A stretch of DNA of 56,098 nt, counting the filler, from Sphacelaria rigidula (lineage: Eukaryota), in NCBI GenBank assembly GCA_964200075.2. It is 6 parts of 6 records of this genome, joined end to end, with 100 filler letters (N's around TTAATTAATTAA, not from the genome) between each part and the next. Parts side by side here need not be neighbours in the genome. Positions count along the whole stretch, not along the records: positions 28,101 to 37,366 come from CAXNAA020008882.1; positions 37,467 to 46,732 come from CAXNAA020008883.1; positions 46,833 to 56,098 come from CAXNAA020008884.1; 3 more parts are not named here. One strand, 5' to 3'. Position 1 is the first letter of the stretch; every line of letters begins with the position of its first letter. The notes below the pieces were generated by a model, which was not told where the DNA came from, did no database searches, and saw only the letters and a list, made by a program, of their open reading frames with translations. Positions 36,522 to 49,701 of this stretch are shown here, one piece after another. The position numbers were made by a program, and so were the translations under genes.

Positions 36522-36681
36522 AGCATGGCTCGTGTGCTCGAGTCATCACTTTTTACAACAAGCAATGACTCGTGTGCTCGAGTCATCACTTGATTTTACA
36601 ACGAGCAATGACTCGTGTGCTCGAGTCACTACTTTTTTTTTTTTACAACGAAAGTTTCAACGAGCAATGACTCGAGTGCTC
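36522..36681. repeat. Short tandem repeat (four units of about 40-55 bp) with a palindromic core
   Basis: GCAATGACTCGTGTGCTCGAGTCATCACT-type unit repeated with T-rich/ACAAC linkers. The core TGACTCG...CGAGTCA is an inverted repeat. Confidence 0.75.
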
Positions 36682-37140
36682 GCCGTATTATCCCTTTCGG
36701 GACCGACCCCCTACTAACACGGGGTTGACAACGTGTTGGTGAAATGATTAAAAATAAGTCCGGGAGCGACCTGATCAATCACGACGAGGCAAAATTTTTC
36801 GACCAGGCCCGAACGACCAGCGCGGGGACTGTTGCCGAGGGTGATGTCACTGCAAAGATTGTGTGGGCGCCCTATCCCTGGCCCAGATAAGCCTTCCCAG
36901 GTTTCCAAAGCCAGGATGCTCGGAGCATGGCTTATCGTATTACTTGCATTCAGTATGTCGTTCCCGGGATTTCCCGGGAGTTTTTCGGGTCGCCATCCTA
37001 TACTAAAACGTAGTAATTACACTAACAGAGAGTGGAGTGGGGAAAACCGGGGAGGAGTGTACATGCCACAAAGTGGTGACTTTCACGAGGCACTAAACCC
37101 AGGTGGGCCGCGGAAAGACAAGGAACTACCGTCATGAATT

Positions 37141-37366
37141 CCAGGGAGGGATACGTGACACACGTGACACATTTGAAAAAAAACGGGGAAAAAACGAAAC
37201 TTTGGGCCATTTAACGCTACGTAAGGTTTGATGTTTTGGACGGGACAAAAGCAACGTAATGTGATGTCACATGTGGACCTTGAAGCAGTGTCTCTTGGTG
37301 TTTTCCAGATGTAAAAAAATGCTGTTTTTGTGAATTTTAAACGTGACACGTGACAAGTTACATATT
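37141..37366. repeat. End of a hAT-like MITE (CAGGGAGGGATACGTGACAC terminus, GTGACAC sub-repeats); an opposite end of the same family lies at 37467-37529
   Basis: CCAGGGAGGGATACGTGACAC is the reverse complement of GTGTCACGTATCCCTCCCTGG (37509-37529). Confidence 0.6.
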
Positions 37367-38450
37367 NNNNNNNNNNNNNNNNNNNNNNNNNNNNNNNNNN
37401 NNNNNNNNNNTTAATTAATTAANNNNNNNNNNNNNNNNNNNNNNNNNNNNNNNNNNNNNNNNNNNNGCCCAAAACGTCACGTTCACGTCACGTGTCACGC
37501 TGTGTCACGTGTCACGTATCCCTCCCTGGAAAAAATAGACTTATCTCACCCACCGCTGTCGCGACTTGCTGGCAGTGTTGCACCCCTATTTATTTTCAAC
37601 GGGAAGGATAGAGGGGTTCATCCTTGCAATACCAACAGTAGAAGAGAAAATGAAGGACAGAAAAGAGAGCCTGGGTACGGAACGACTTGCATTCCAAGCA
37701 CCGTGGAGAAGGTGAGCCCAGACGTTTACGGATCTTCTTCTTACTGTGGTAGTGACGAGAATGTTTTTGCCCGAAATATGTACCTACATATATATATATA
37801 TAATGCTATGGAGGGTTCCGAATCATTGCACTAACAGAGAGTAATACGCTGTGCTTACGGGCTATGCAAGGAGCACAACGGAACATGACGTATGGGGGCA
37901 AAGTTTATCGGCTGTTGGAAGACATCAGACGCGGGGTACTAAACACAAGATGACATCATATGCAACGGGGTAATAACAGACATCAGACACTGGATAGAAT
38001 ATAGGATACGGGATACATCAGGCATTCAAGACAATCCCGCTTTACTCGTCTTTGAGCGATATGTTGAACAGGGTAATACGCGTATGTTCCGCTGAAGAAC
38101 GAGGATGGCTTATGCAACAGCTTGAGATTTAACAGTAAACGGCTAAATGAGCTCAACACGCTGGAAACACGATAATTTCGTTACAAGCACATAGTTTTGT
38201 GGTGATTTGATATTAAACGTAGGACGCACGAGACATGATTGAAGACAGGCTACGACGACGACGACGACGACGACACTAAGCACACCGCATACTGCGCGAG
38301 AAATTTCAATATGCACGACATAGAACGCACACACAAAATCCGTAACAAACGCAAAGACACAAAATAGAGAATAAAACATGACAACGCTATAGCAATGACA
38401 ATCAAACGACGACAGATGAAAGAACCCAAACACTGCACGGCATACTGCAG

Positions 38451-41400
38451 AATGATACACCAACACACGGAACGGAGGGAAGGAGCCTGGGTGCCGCAAG
38501 ATCCGTCCATGGCTCAGCTTCGCCAGCTCGTCACCGAGTACTGCATACTCCCGGTCGGTTCACAACAGGTCCGTCCATTGAATTGATCACACAGTGGGCG
38601 TACGCGGCGGGGTACCGCGGGGTTGCGTTGGGGTGGGATGGGATAGGCGATGTCGCACGAACCATAAGGTTACTCCACCAACACCCTCCCCAACGATATT
38701 AGGGTGACTTGAACCCTGCTTATTTTCACCGTGTAGTATCGTACCTAGTACCTACCCCTATTATCCTGTCAGTGTGTGGGGGGGTGGATGGTGGGGTGTA
38801 CTCGTGCATTGCATGCCTCCTCTGTTGGACCATTCACGTCGCGCCGTTGACGAGACGGAGCCCACGATTCAGTCATAGGTGTACTGCATCAGTTATCCGT
38901 ATTCCTCACGAAGTGCACAAAAGAGGCACGTAAGGGACAGAGCGAGATATACACCATATGTTCACCGTAGAACGTATATGTCGTACACACGTAGAACATC
39001 TGGATCCGCAGACACGTTTGTCCAACGTTGGCAGAATATATATGTCAAGTTGAGAGCAACTTTCGGAACACGTTTGTCAGGTGTCGCTGCCAGTGTAGAA
39101 CAGCTTCCCCAAACGTTGTCGAGACATGGCGTGTTCCGAAAGATATGTCCAGAAACAAGAAAAAAAAAACTATTGAAAAAAAAAACTATTTTCTGTTGTA
39201 GGTATGCCAAAAACCCAACGCCAAACTATTGCTTCATCTGCAACCACCCCGAACATACTTGGCACAGCAACAGTAGATGACGATACGCAAGGACAATAAC
39301 AACAGGGCTGTACTCTTTCGGCAACGGAAGCAAGAGTGTCGCGCGTTATCGAAGCAGTTTTCTCGATCTGTGTCACGCTGTACCGCAGGATATAGCCGGA
39401 TTTTTTCTTCCCCCAGTCCCGCAGAAGTCGATGAAGGATTGATGCCCTTCGATAGAACGACACATCGCCGACGGTGGCTGGTCAATTGCTCGTACTTTGC
39501 TTTCCCAACGGCAGTCAAGAACAAATGTCTCATTTTAGCCTGTCATCCCATTCTATCTACATCACCAGTGCTTATCTTTTCAGGCTATCCATCTTCTATG
39601 GGCTTGTACCGACCGTTATCATCGTTTTTTGCGTTGTCATTGCCCCCAATACTCAAACGTCGCTTTGTTCGATGGAGAGCGCCCCGGAGCGAGCAGCCGC
39701 TCGGGTGAGGGCGGGGGCAGGGGGGCGGGGGGGTACTGACTGGTTGAAGAGTACCGTTCCGTACTAAACTCGAACGACAAGCCGTTCTTGGAACAGATAC
39801 ATCATGAGGCATGGGCAGCTCGTCCAACACGGCTGAACATGATCAAAACATGAAATCGGCAAAGATGAGTAACCCCCCTCAGTCCCCTTATCTAGTAGAT
39901 GCTTTTTTATCGAGGCACCTAGAGATCGAAGACCTTTGATCCCCAAGCACACTGCGACTGACTCGTGGAAATTATCATGTCGTAGGGTACTTGTCTCTTC
40001 TGTGTACATGTATCCCTACTGCACATCTTCCCCCCTCCCCTCTTTTGTCCTCCTCGGGCGCGCACGGTTCTCCCGTCTTCTTCTCTCCGTTTCTTGAGGG
40101 AACACCGCGCGGGTGTGTCCGCATAGGGATTGGTCTTGGTCCATTCCGGAGGAAGGATGCACTATTTATCCTCAGACACGCGCCTTATCGTCGTCTTCCA
40201 CACAGATTTTCGGGATTGGCAGTCACCCGTCATTCGATATTTCGGTCATCTCTGAACACTCTGCGGTTCATCGTCTCTCCCGCGCCTTACCGGCGATTGT
40301 GCCTTATCCTCGCCAAGATTCATGTTCAAATGACCTACAGGCTGATTCAGCGTGAATGCCCAAAATCTATTCCCCACTAGATACAGAACGCAAAACTGAC
40401 CCGATGAAAACAATTTTGGTACCATAGTGACCCCCACGAGCAAGCGAACAGTGTGAGATGACCAGATTTTTCTTGCGCCCTTTGCCGTGGCCGTGGTGGT
40501 GAAAATGTTTCTCTACCAATCAATGGCCCTCGAATCGTTCTGAAACTTGAAATATGATTCCCCGACTCATGTTGTACCCAATTTCATCACGAATCAAACC
40601 TTAGTAACCGCCATCAGGTGGGAAATCTAACGCAGAAAAAATTCGGAAACGGTTTGTATGGGATCGAGTTATACCCCCAAAACGAGGCATTTCGGTGATG
40701 TGGGGTTTTGGTGCCGTCGGATTTACATTCACTGATGATATGCATTGAAGACCCAGAAAGCATATTCATGTTTTCCCTTGTAAATTTTCGTAAAAATGCC
40801 CCGATCATCCTTAAATTTGGCAGTTTGGTAGATATGGGTGCTACGGATGGGGAAATAAAAGTCGAGGTACATTACAACGTTTATCCGCTTTTTCTCAGCT
40901 TCCGAGGGTCCCACCGTGAAGACCCCCCAGAAGCCGGTACAAATTGCTTCGAAAAAATAAGAATCGACTCTGACTCGTCCCAAGGTAGACCAAGGAATGT
41001 TCGTACCAAGTTCCGTTGCGTAATTCGAAGAGCTGACCCCAAACGGTCGATTTGAGCTCAAGCGCACAAGGAAAACGTCGGTATCATTTCTCGCACTATT
41101 ATCAAGTAATTAGAGAGGCTCCGCGTACATCTGTATATACTTCAACGCACAAACGGCCAACTGCTCACGCCGCTTTCCGACGTTTAGATTTCCCCTCCCG
41201 GGAACCCGGATATCTGGAGAAATATCGAAAAAAAACTCGAAAGACCCCATTAATTCAGCCCTTCCAAATATCTCAGAGCGCCCGTATGCAATATTTCAGG
41301 GTTTAACTCCGGGAAACGGCGTGAGCAATTTCTGGGGAGTATCTTCCATTCGTTCACCCTGATCCGGCCTGTACGGCATTATATATCGCTGAGCCTAAAC

Positions 41401-41781
41401 GGCAACACGCCAAACACGAATACATCACGCTCTTCCTCGGGCAACTTCAATGGTCATTTCCAGCAAACTGTGTTTTGAACAAAACCTGTCCAGCAGACCT
41501 TTTGAAGAAACTGATTGGTCACCCCATCACGTCTCGGAACCTGTACGATACAACACCGCCCTTCTCGTGCTGAGATATGTAAAAAAAATCGTGTGTAGTG
41601 TATGGAAGAAATGTAATGAGCGCCGAAATGTTGGAGGTATCCCTGCTAGGAGGAGGAACAGAGTTCCGTTTCGAAAGGGAAGCGTGGACAATGTTCAAAT
41701 GACTAAAGCGAGCAACAAATGAGTACGACCCACATCCACGAGGTCAATGGTCATATCACTTCGGCATGCAAGATCACGAGT

Positions 41782-41831
<50 letters not shown>

Positions 41832-42227
41832 CGCCCCCCCCCCTCCCCCCCTCTCCTCCCTCTNNNNNNNNNNAAAAATAAGACACCCCCCCCCACCCCG
41901 GCGCCCCCTGTCATACCCCCTCCGGCTCCAAGAACCCCGTTCCCCCCCCCCCCCCCCCCCACTCGCCCCTTCCCGCTTGTTACCATGGCGGCTTCTGTCC
42001 ATTACTCTCTGTATCCCAGTTGAAGACGTCTTTGAATCCAGAGCATAACCTGAAAGCGGTCATGCTATATGGACCAGGGGGCGCCGGCAAGACTATGCTG
42101 GTCGAGATTATCGCCTCAGAGGTACGTGTGTATGTAGTATGAATGAAACATGGTATGAAACACAAACGGGCTTGTACGGGTGTTGTATCCAAACAAAACT
42201 CTTTGTCTGCCTGTCTGTCTGTCTGCC

Positions 42228-42259
<32 letters not shown>

Positions 42260-45200
42260 AATCTCTCTGTGTCTGTCTTCCTCTGTTCCTGTCTCTGTCT
42301 CCGTCTCTGTCTCTCTCTCCCTCCTGTGATATGTACTGCTATACACGTGGGGACTGCTGACATGAATGAAAAAAGATATGGCCACATTCGCAGTGTTTGG
42401 CTACAACGGGAAGGGCTTTGCGAGAACAACATAAATTCTCTCTGTCTGTCCATCTTCCTCTTAACTGATGGATGAATGGAGTGTCTCACATTGCTCCTTG
42501 AGACCACGGAATCATCCCGAGGAAGGGAAGGGACTCAAAGCACGACAAATAAATAAAATAATAATAATAAAAATGAGCATATTGTTCCGTGCAGGGGTTG
42601 CCCTGTGCCTTGCTGTAGAATATTGTATCCTCCAAACCCGGCATGTTTCGTCCATTAGAGTGGAACATCTTGACCCCCCACCCCCCCCCTGTCGATTATT
42701 GAAGGTAGGAAATACACCGGGCTAACAACGTACTATTTCTTTCTAGACGTACAGACGGCCTATGATACAGTATGGAGAACTATGCTGTGGGAAAATATGT
42801 GGGAAACTGGCATGAGAGGGAAAATGAGAAGAATGGCGAAGAAGATGACAGGATGTGCGAAAAGTGCTTTGATGCTAGACGGGGATGTATCGAAATATCT
42901 TTTTATCTTACACGGAGTTTCATAAGAAAGTACGGCATCACCCACCTTATTCAAGGTATTTATTAGTGACCTGATGGTACCAACTTCAGCAGCAAAGCAA
43001 GGACTCAAGGTGGGGGAAGATACGGTATCAGGATTGATGTTCGCGGATGATGTCGTGGGGATATCAGAAACACCGGAAGGATTGCAGAAGCAGATAGAGA
43101 AGGAGCTCCAATACACTAGGAAATGGAGAGTGACAGCGAACGTAAACATATGCGGGGTGCTTGTATGCAACGAAGATGAGAGAAAAAAACTGGTAGAATT
43201 CAACTGGAAGTGGGGAGAAGAGGTACCGCCGATCGTGGACCAGTATACATACCTTGCCGCAGAGATATCAAACACCTGTTCTCAGGATGCACAAAAAAAA
43301 ACAAAGTGGTGGAAAAGGGTAAAGCAAAGATAGGCAGGATAGAGGTGATCCTAAGAGGGTCGAACCTAAATACTAGGATTAATACATGTATTCCGATGAA
43401 TGTGATTGTACCAGTTCTGGAATATGCAGGACAAGTATGGGAGGGGAACGCGAAGTTGGTGAAGGCGTCGAAAACAGTACATATGACAGCAGCCAAGAAA
43501 ATACTCGGATGCACAAAAACCAAGAGTAATACAGCCTTGAGAGCGGAATTGGGAATGTGCCCACTTGAACGAATAAAAACATGAGACAATTGAAACGGCA
43601 ATGTAGCGTAAGGAACGTGCAAAAAGAGAGATTGCCCGCCATCGTTAATAGGGCTGCATGGAAGAAAATTACGGAAGGTCAGGCTAGAGCAAGGTGGGAT
43701 AGCGTAGGCGAGAAAGTATGGAAGGAGATAGAAGGAAACCAAGACGAAATACTGTCCATAAGTGAATGCGACGGACGCAAGACAGAAGAAAGGGACATGA
43801 TAGAAGTAAGTGAAAAAGAAATGCTGAGACGGAAAGTTGACGAAAAAGAGCATCTAAAGATACACGGTTAGTTGAGAGAGGGGGTGGGCATGAAGACATG
43901 CGTGCATGGCCTAATGGACTGACTCTGCGAAAGCATTGAAACTCCGATTTCGGGTGGAGAACCTGGACCAGCCAGAAAGAAGCAAGATATATACCAGTAG
44001 TCGAGTGGAGGAAGTAGATGCACAGAATTGCATATGTGGCAAAGCAATACAGAGTAGAACTTAATATAGTGGCAGAATGTGAACAATACAAGCAGGAACG
44101 GGACGTGCTAGAGAGGGAAATGTCGGAAGTAAACGAAGGTGACATGCAATCGTTTGATGCGCCAGACAGTAGGGAGAAAACGATGTATATACCAGGAGAT
44201 AGATGGTGGCCACAGACGGCGAAACAGAAAGGAGATAAGGTACGTGAAAGGTTTTTGTATAGTGTATGGAAGGAACGTAATGAGCGCCCAAATATTGGAG
44301 GTGTATCTGTAAGTAGTAGGAATGGTGCTCCGTCTCGAAAGGGACGCGTGGTCGATGGTCAAACGACTAAGGCAAGCAACAAAATGGGTACGCTCCCCCT
44401 CTTCCCCCCTCCCTCTTCCCCCCCGTTGTCTAATTCTACAGCAGGAGATAAATAGAAAATGACACGAGAAAGACGAGTGCTGCGGTAGAGCGGAAATAAC
44501 GTGAAACAAATTCCAGCCACCTTCAGCAAAGTAGGATCAAGCCTTTGACTGGTCGCTGAAATTGTGTTGGCTCATCGTTTGCAAGTGGTCGGTGGGAAAC
44601 AACACTTGTCTTGAGCTTGTTCTGGCACGATACAAAACGCACCCCACCCCACCCCACCCCCCTAGCCCCCTACCCCCCTACCCCCCTACTCCTTCCTTCC
44701 ATGCCGCCTCCTGACATATATTTCGCAGGCCGTGTTTCTTCATTTCCTGCGCTCTTGTTCAATCTCTCCCTCTCCCTCTCTTTTCCCTCTTTCCCTCCGT
44801 GTCTAGCTCGGTGCTTTGGTAATCAATCTGTCGCCCAGCAGGTTGAAAGGGTTGTTTCCGGGGAAAACCGGCCCCGTGAAGGCGTTGCACATGGCTTTCC
44901 AAGTGGCCAGAGATGCATCCATGGCGCCCGTAGTGATCTACATAGACGAGTGTGATCAGGTGCAACAGAAATGAGAAAATGACGATGAAAGGTGCTGCCG
45001 TTGTTGTTGATCAAGTACACAAATATAAATATTATGCTTCCCTTGTCCCATAAGTAAAGGTGCCTAAATTTGTACGGGTCCTTCACGACGTCCGATCGGG
45101 TTTTTTTCATGAACTCTACGGTGTTTTTTGGGTTAAGAAAATGTGTTTAGAACTTGCAGCTCGTGCTTGAACCACGCCGCCGAACGGCTGCAAAAAAAGT

Positions 45201-46378
45201 AGCCGGCCCAAAAATGGCCGTTTTTTGCCCCTTTCCGAGGGGGAAAAAAGTGTCGTTTTTTTTTTTTTTCAATCGCGTGGGACTTCCTGGCAGCAAGCCC
45301 CAGTGAAGGCGGGGGCGATTAAAAAAATAAAACATAAAATCGACACTTTTTTTCCCCTCGGAAAGGTGCAAAAAGCGGCCATTTTTGGGCCGACTACTTT
45401 TTTTGCAGCCGTTCGGCGGCATGGTTCAAGCACGAGCTGCAAATTCAAAACACATTTTCCTGACCCAAAAAACACCGTGGAGTCCATAAAATAACAAACA
45501 AAGGATCGGACATCGTTAAGAGCCCGTACAAATTTAGGTACCTTTACCTATGGGACAGAGGAAGTATACATATAAATGGTGATACGATCATCGATGTTGA
45601 AAGATGATGACAAGATGATAACTTTGGGACGTTCTCGTTTTATTGCGCTGCGCTCAAACTGCCCATCGATTGGGTGGGTGAGTCACAATTCCTTGTAGGA
45701 AATACTGTAGCGCTGCGGACCGGACAGCGGACATTCTTTCGTTTTGACGGTACAGGCCGCTCGCTGTTATCTTAGCCGCAAGTGCGCCTCCTTTACTCCG
45801 TAGATTAGGAGGGCTATTCGAGCGGTTTCCGGGGCGAGCACCGTGTCTGCCGGTCGCCCTGTTGATTGTTGCTTCATGGTTTCGTCTTTCCCTGGCTAGT
45901 CTTGTTTTTTCGCAGATATTTTTGAGAGCTGTTTTTTTTTGTATAGTGTACAGTTTGCTTTTGTCGCAGTGGCAGCACTTCATTTTCGTGTGTGTAATGG
46001 CGGGAGAAACGTTTGAACGGAAGATATATGGATGATGCTTTACCAAGATTGCCGCACTCCTACACGCATTCACAAAACATGGATAAGTTAGTTTCACTTT
46101 CGCACATCGTCGCGTCACGTCACTTCATTGTCGTCAACGAGTCGAAAGGTTGACTGGGGTGCTGCTATACTACCACTATAATATGTAGCTACATACGGTT
46201 GTTGCCACCGAGGACCGACCCGGTCGCCGTTGCTTTTCGGGGTCCTGTTGTGGCTTTGCTTTTGCATTTACCTCAGATGTTTGCTGGAGGCGGGAAGAAG
46301 GGCAAGTCGTCGGACAAGGAGGGAGCTGCCCGCTTCAAGAAAGATATCATAACCTACAAGAATCAAGCGTTGCAGCCA
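38451..46378 (+). CDS. IQCA1: IQ- and AAA-domain protein (IQCA1/DRC11-like, nexin-dynein regulatory complex), partial: four internal exons
   Basis: Exons 38451-38568 (MIHQHTERREGAWVPQDPSMAQLRQLVTEYCILPVGSQQ), 42020-42121 (…KAVMLYGPGGAGKTMLVEIIASE, Walker A), 44807-44959 (LGALVINLSP...FPGKTGP...APVVIYIDECDQ, Walker B) and 46277-46378 (MFAGGGKKGK...ARFKKDIITYKNQALQP). All are GT-AG with phase-0 joins. The PS....RQ..T.Y.ILP.GS segment and the PGK.G motif are characteristic of IQCA1/DRC11. Confidence 0.85.
40460..41371. mobile_element. Partial non-autonomous DNA transposon related to 23816-25302
   Basis: Ends ...GGCCTG|TA and contains TTTCAGGGTTTAACTCCGGGAAACGGCGTGA, matching the internal repeat near 24096-24127. 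Left limit is approximate. Confidence 0.45.
42760..44392 (+). mobile_element. 5'-truncated, decayed non-LTR retrotransposon (LINE) in a DRC11 intron
   Basis: RT motifs SGLMFADDVVG...GLQKQI...KWRVTANV...YTYL and VPVLEYAGQVWEG...ALRAELG (ORFs 42974-43584). The 3' tail ...GACTAAGGCAAGCAACAAAATG.GTACG recurs at about 41590-41727 and about 29750-29815. Confidence 0.88.
45037..45564. mobile_element. Stowaway-like foldback MITE (arms of about 240 bp)
   Basis: The whole element is an imperfect palindrome around a loop at about 45277-45325. The right end TATGGGACAGAGGAAG|TA reads TA|CTTCCTCTGTCCCATA on the other strand, and the left end is CTTCCCTTGTCCCATA. Confidence 0.85.
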
Positions 46379-46655
46379 GTGAGTGAAAAAAAGCATTCTA
46401 CCACGCGTAGTGTACCGTAGGTTTTGATTGTTCTGTACACGATGGAGCATAGTGATATGATTGATTATTGTCGACCACCCATGGGTCCAGCCGTGGTCGC
46501 ATGATAGACGTGCCCAAGAAAAACAAAACTGAAGCACTCGTCCAAACACACGAAGGAGCAGAAAAAAAGTCGGACGTAACGGCATAGTAGACTAAGGCGT
46601 AAAAAAATAATCATAAGAAAGAAAAAAATCGACAAAAGCAAAGCGGCCTACTTAC

Positions 46656-46658
<3 letters not shown>

Positions 46659-46688
<30 letters not shown>

Positions 46689-46732
46689 TGTATGTATGTA
46701 TGTATGTATGTATGTATGTATGTATGTATGTA
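46659..46732. repeat. (TATG)n microsatellite at a segment end
   Basis: Seen directly. Other microsatellites: (CA)n about 16455-16484, (TA)n about 34041-34060, (TGTC)n about 42204-42259. Confidence 0.95.
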
Positions 46733-47799
46733 NNNNNNNNNNNNNNNNNNNNNNNNNNNNNNNNNNNNNNNNNNNNTTAATTAATTAANNNNNNNNNNNN
46801 NNNNNNNNNNNNNNNNNNNNNNNNNNNNNNNNCATTTCCCCCTCTAGCACATTCCATTCCTCCTTGTATAGCTCACATTCTGCCACTATATGGGGGGTGG
46901 GGGGGTGGGGCTGGTTAGTGAACCTTCGTACACTTGAGAGAATGGATGGTATGCAGTAGCGGCCCGCTCATAAGAACATGAAAATCAGCCTCCACCCGAG
47001 TTTCATGCCTGATACAACGGCCTAATGTACTGGACTGAGTGTAGCGGTCGTCGCTGAAGCTCGACTTTCCCTCTCATGTTTGTAAAAATGTTGATGTTGG
47101 CCTGATTTTCTTACAACCTCGTTCCTTACGAGCCGGCCTGTATGCATGCGAGCATACATATTCCCCTTCACGCGCTGTTTTTTGCCTCTCCCTGTCTGTA
47201 GGGGCGCCGACAGACCCGGGATCCAAACCGATCAGTGAGGCATGGCATCCCAGGACACGCCCTCCTTCATTAGTGCCCGCATCGACTACTTGTTCACTAG
47301 TGTCAAATACATCGGGAGCTGGCGACACGAAGTCGTGTGTGTATCAGTGAAATGACGGCCACCACCATTTCCTCATGCCGTTTGTTGATTAGATGACTTG
47401 ATACTACGGTGGAGTAGCTATCTTGTTTCTTGATCTTTGCAGGTGTACGTATTTGACCCCCTTTTCAATGTACATGATATGTGATAAACTAATTTATATT
47501 TGCGATAAAGTGTGCCTTCCTTGTTGTAGGAGTGCAGACAACAAAAAGTGAACGGCACACGGTGTTGCACTGTACTGTACTAATTGCTGTAACGCCGCAG
47601 TGAGACACTGCCGATGGGTACTGTAACGATTATGATAGACTTGTACTCTTCTTGAAACGGTTTCTCCAAAACGAAAACAACCACAGAAGTGAGGGAAAAA
47701 AAACGTCCTGCAGTACGGTACGGGTACCATCGTCACCACGGTGCAGACAGGGCATAGAGGAAACCGAGCATTGCATTATAGTACCAAGTACACAGATAC

Positions 47800-48228
47800 C
47801 TGACGGTAAGGCCACCGCTTGATGCCGTACTTCCGACAGAGCCGCTTGATGATCGTGGTACTGACTCCCATCATCTTCGATACCTCCTCAATAGGGTACT
47901 CGAAATACCTCTCCAAATCTCTCAGGGTTACCCGCTTGCTAAAACCTCGCTTCGCCCTCTTGTCTTCCACGGAGGGTAAGTCATCATAATCATCATCGTC
48001 GTCGTCTTGCTCGCCAGCGGCCACAGCGGCGGCGCGGGCTGCCGCCGCCGCCTGCGCCGCTGCCGCCGCGGGCGCCGCCTGAGCTACCGCCGCGGCCCGA
48101 GCAAAGGCCATAGCAACAGCGGCCTTCTCTTCCTCAGTCATAGACTGCGCTTGTACAGCTGCAGTATTCGGAGGCGGAGCGTTTGGTGGTGGTTGAGTTG
48201 TTGCTGTTGCTGAAGTCGCAGTTGCCAT
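47800..48228 (-). CDS. RWP-RK domain transcription factor, first coding exon (partial gene)
   Basis: ATG at 48228. An Ala-rich and acidic N-terminus is followed by KRVTLRDLERYFEYPIEEVSKMMGVSTTIIKRLCRKYGIKRWPYRQ and then a CAG|GTATCT donor. This is a canonical RWP-RK domain. Later exons were not found. Confidence 0.9.
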
Positions 48229-49701
48229 TATTTTTTGTTTCCTCTTGGAATGATATGTTTTCCGCTGTTATCTTTGACTGCGTTTCCCCAGAGGAAGAGA
48301 GCAGAATAGAGAAAGAAAGAGAGAGAAAGAGCCAATGATGATGATGACAAAAACTACTCTTGATTTTTGTAGTCGCTGTGTGTGCCGCAATAGTTGGGGT
48401 GGCTTCTGGTTCGTGTTGTTGTGAACCCGGCCAGTCAATACGTTGGATCGGGCCGCCGCAGACGTTTGTGTAGTACTCTCCCGGGCTGAACTGTAGAGAG
48501 GAAGATCTTTTTGGCTGCGCGCGTAGGGTTGTGCCTCCTGGCCTTTGGTGAAGTGGGTTCGTTTGGCCCGCTTGTACCTCTCCAAGCCGAACAGGTACTA
48601 CAATATTCGCCAAAAAATGCTAAATGTGTCATCCTCTGTCTGAGGTGGCGAATACAGTTGCTATCTTCGGTCAGACCCGCAACCGCAGCAATAAAGTAAG
48701 ATCACTAAATGATAACATGGAATAGAGATGGAACAAAACAGAAATATATCGACCTATATATGTGATATACCCCACTAGTAGTAGCTACAGTGCTGATAAC
48801 TTGAAAAGTTGAAAAAAGGTTATCGCTGGTATGCGGATCGACCTATATACAGCAGCGCTCGTGGTGAACTCGATCTCTGTTTTCGGTGATCATGTGGTGC
48901 GAGCAAAATATTTTCGCCTTCAAATCTCTTTTATATGATCAAACCTACTGCTTTCGTATCACGAACAGTTTCACCCATATCCCATGAATAATGTGTGCAG
49001 CGCGGAATGGGATTTAGTGAATCCACAAATAAATTGAACATGTGAACGGGCAGCGATATATATTACATGGACAACGATATATTGTCTACGCGATTAAGCT
49101 AAAACATAGTTATAAGTTGCGCGCGCAATTTTAATTATCATACTAACTACGTCCCCGACATGCTGCGTGCCTGGTGCAAAAGTTATGAAGCGCTGCCCCG
49201 TTGCCTCTGGGATTAATCTCCAGTGTTGAAATTTCTTCACATCTGTCTGCCTAAAGGAGTGTCAGGAAGAGATATTGTAGCATTACTCCTTCAAGTCCGC
49301 TTTTTTAAAGGGTCGGCGGACGTACGGACTGCTGACCGCGCGGCAGTGGACTGGACAGCAGGTACGGACGGGGTGAAGTGTGCCGTCTATCACATCAGGC
49401 AAAGCACCGAGACCGCGAGGAAAGAGGAAGGACGACAGCAACTGAACGGAACGCAAAGAGCACATCCCCTTGATCATTGATTGACCCAAATTAAGCTCTC
49501 ACTTGGCGCGAGATATAGTCACGGCAAGCACGTCGAAGCCCACAGCTGAAAAACAACCTACTCCGCTCGCCGTGTTCAGCCTTCCCAGGAAAACATACAG
49601 CTGACTGTACCTGCTCAGCCAGCGAGTCCACCTCCTCGCTACAACTGCCTGTGCTACAGTCACGACAGCAAGAGGGTTTCAGTCATAGCCGCTCGAATAG
49701 C

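Noticed and set aside
36522-36681. CRISPR-like array of palindromic repeats
   Set aside because: The linkers are short, similar to each other and T-rich rather than unique spacers. There are no cas genes and the context is eukaryotic.
37141-37529. One hAT-like MITE spanning the gap
   Set aside because: Same reasoning. The 8-bp flanks (ATGAATTC vs GAAAAAAT) do not form a TSD.
37639-37711. Extra upstream exon of the DRC11-like gene
   Set aside because: It has splice-like borders and a compatible phase, but its translation does not resemble the expected IQCA1/DRC11 sequence. Unsupported without RNA data.
41719-42048. Poly-Pro / poly-Gly ORFs
   Set aside because: They arise from a poly-C tract containing Ns (low-quality sequence) within an intron.
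46277-48228. Convergent or overlapping arrangement of the DRC11-like and RWP-RK genes
   Set aside because: They are separated by an artificial spacer, and both genes are truncated at segment ends.
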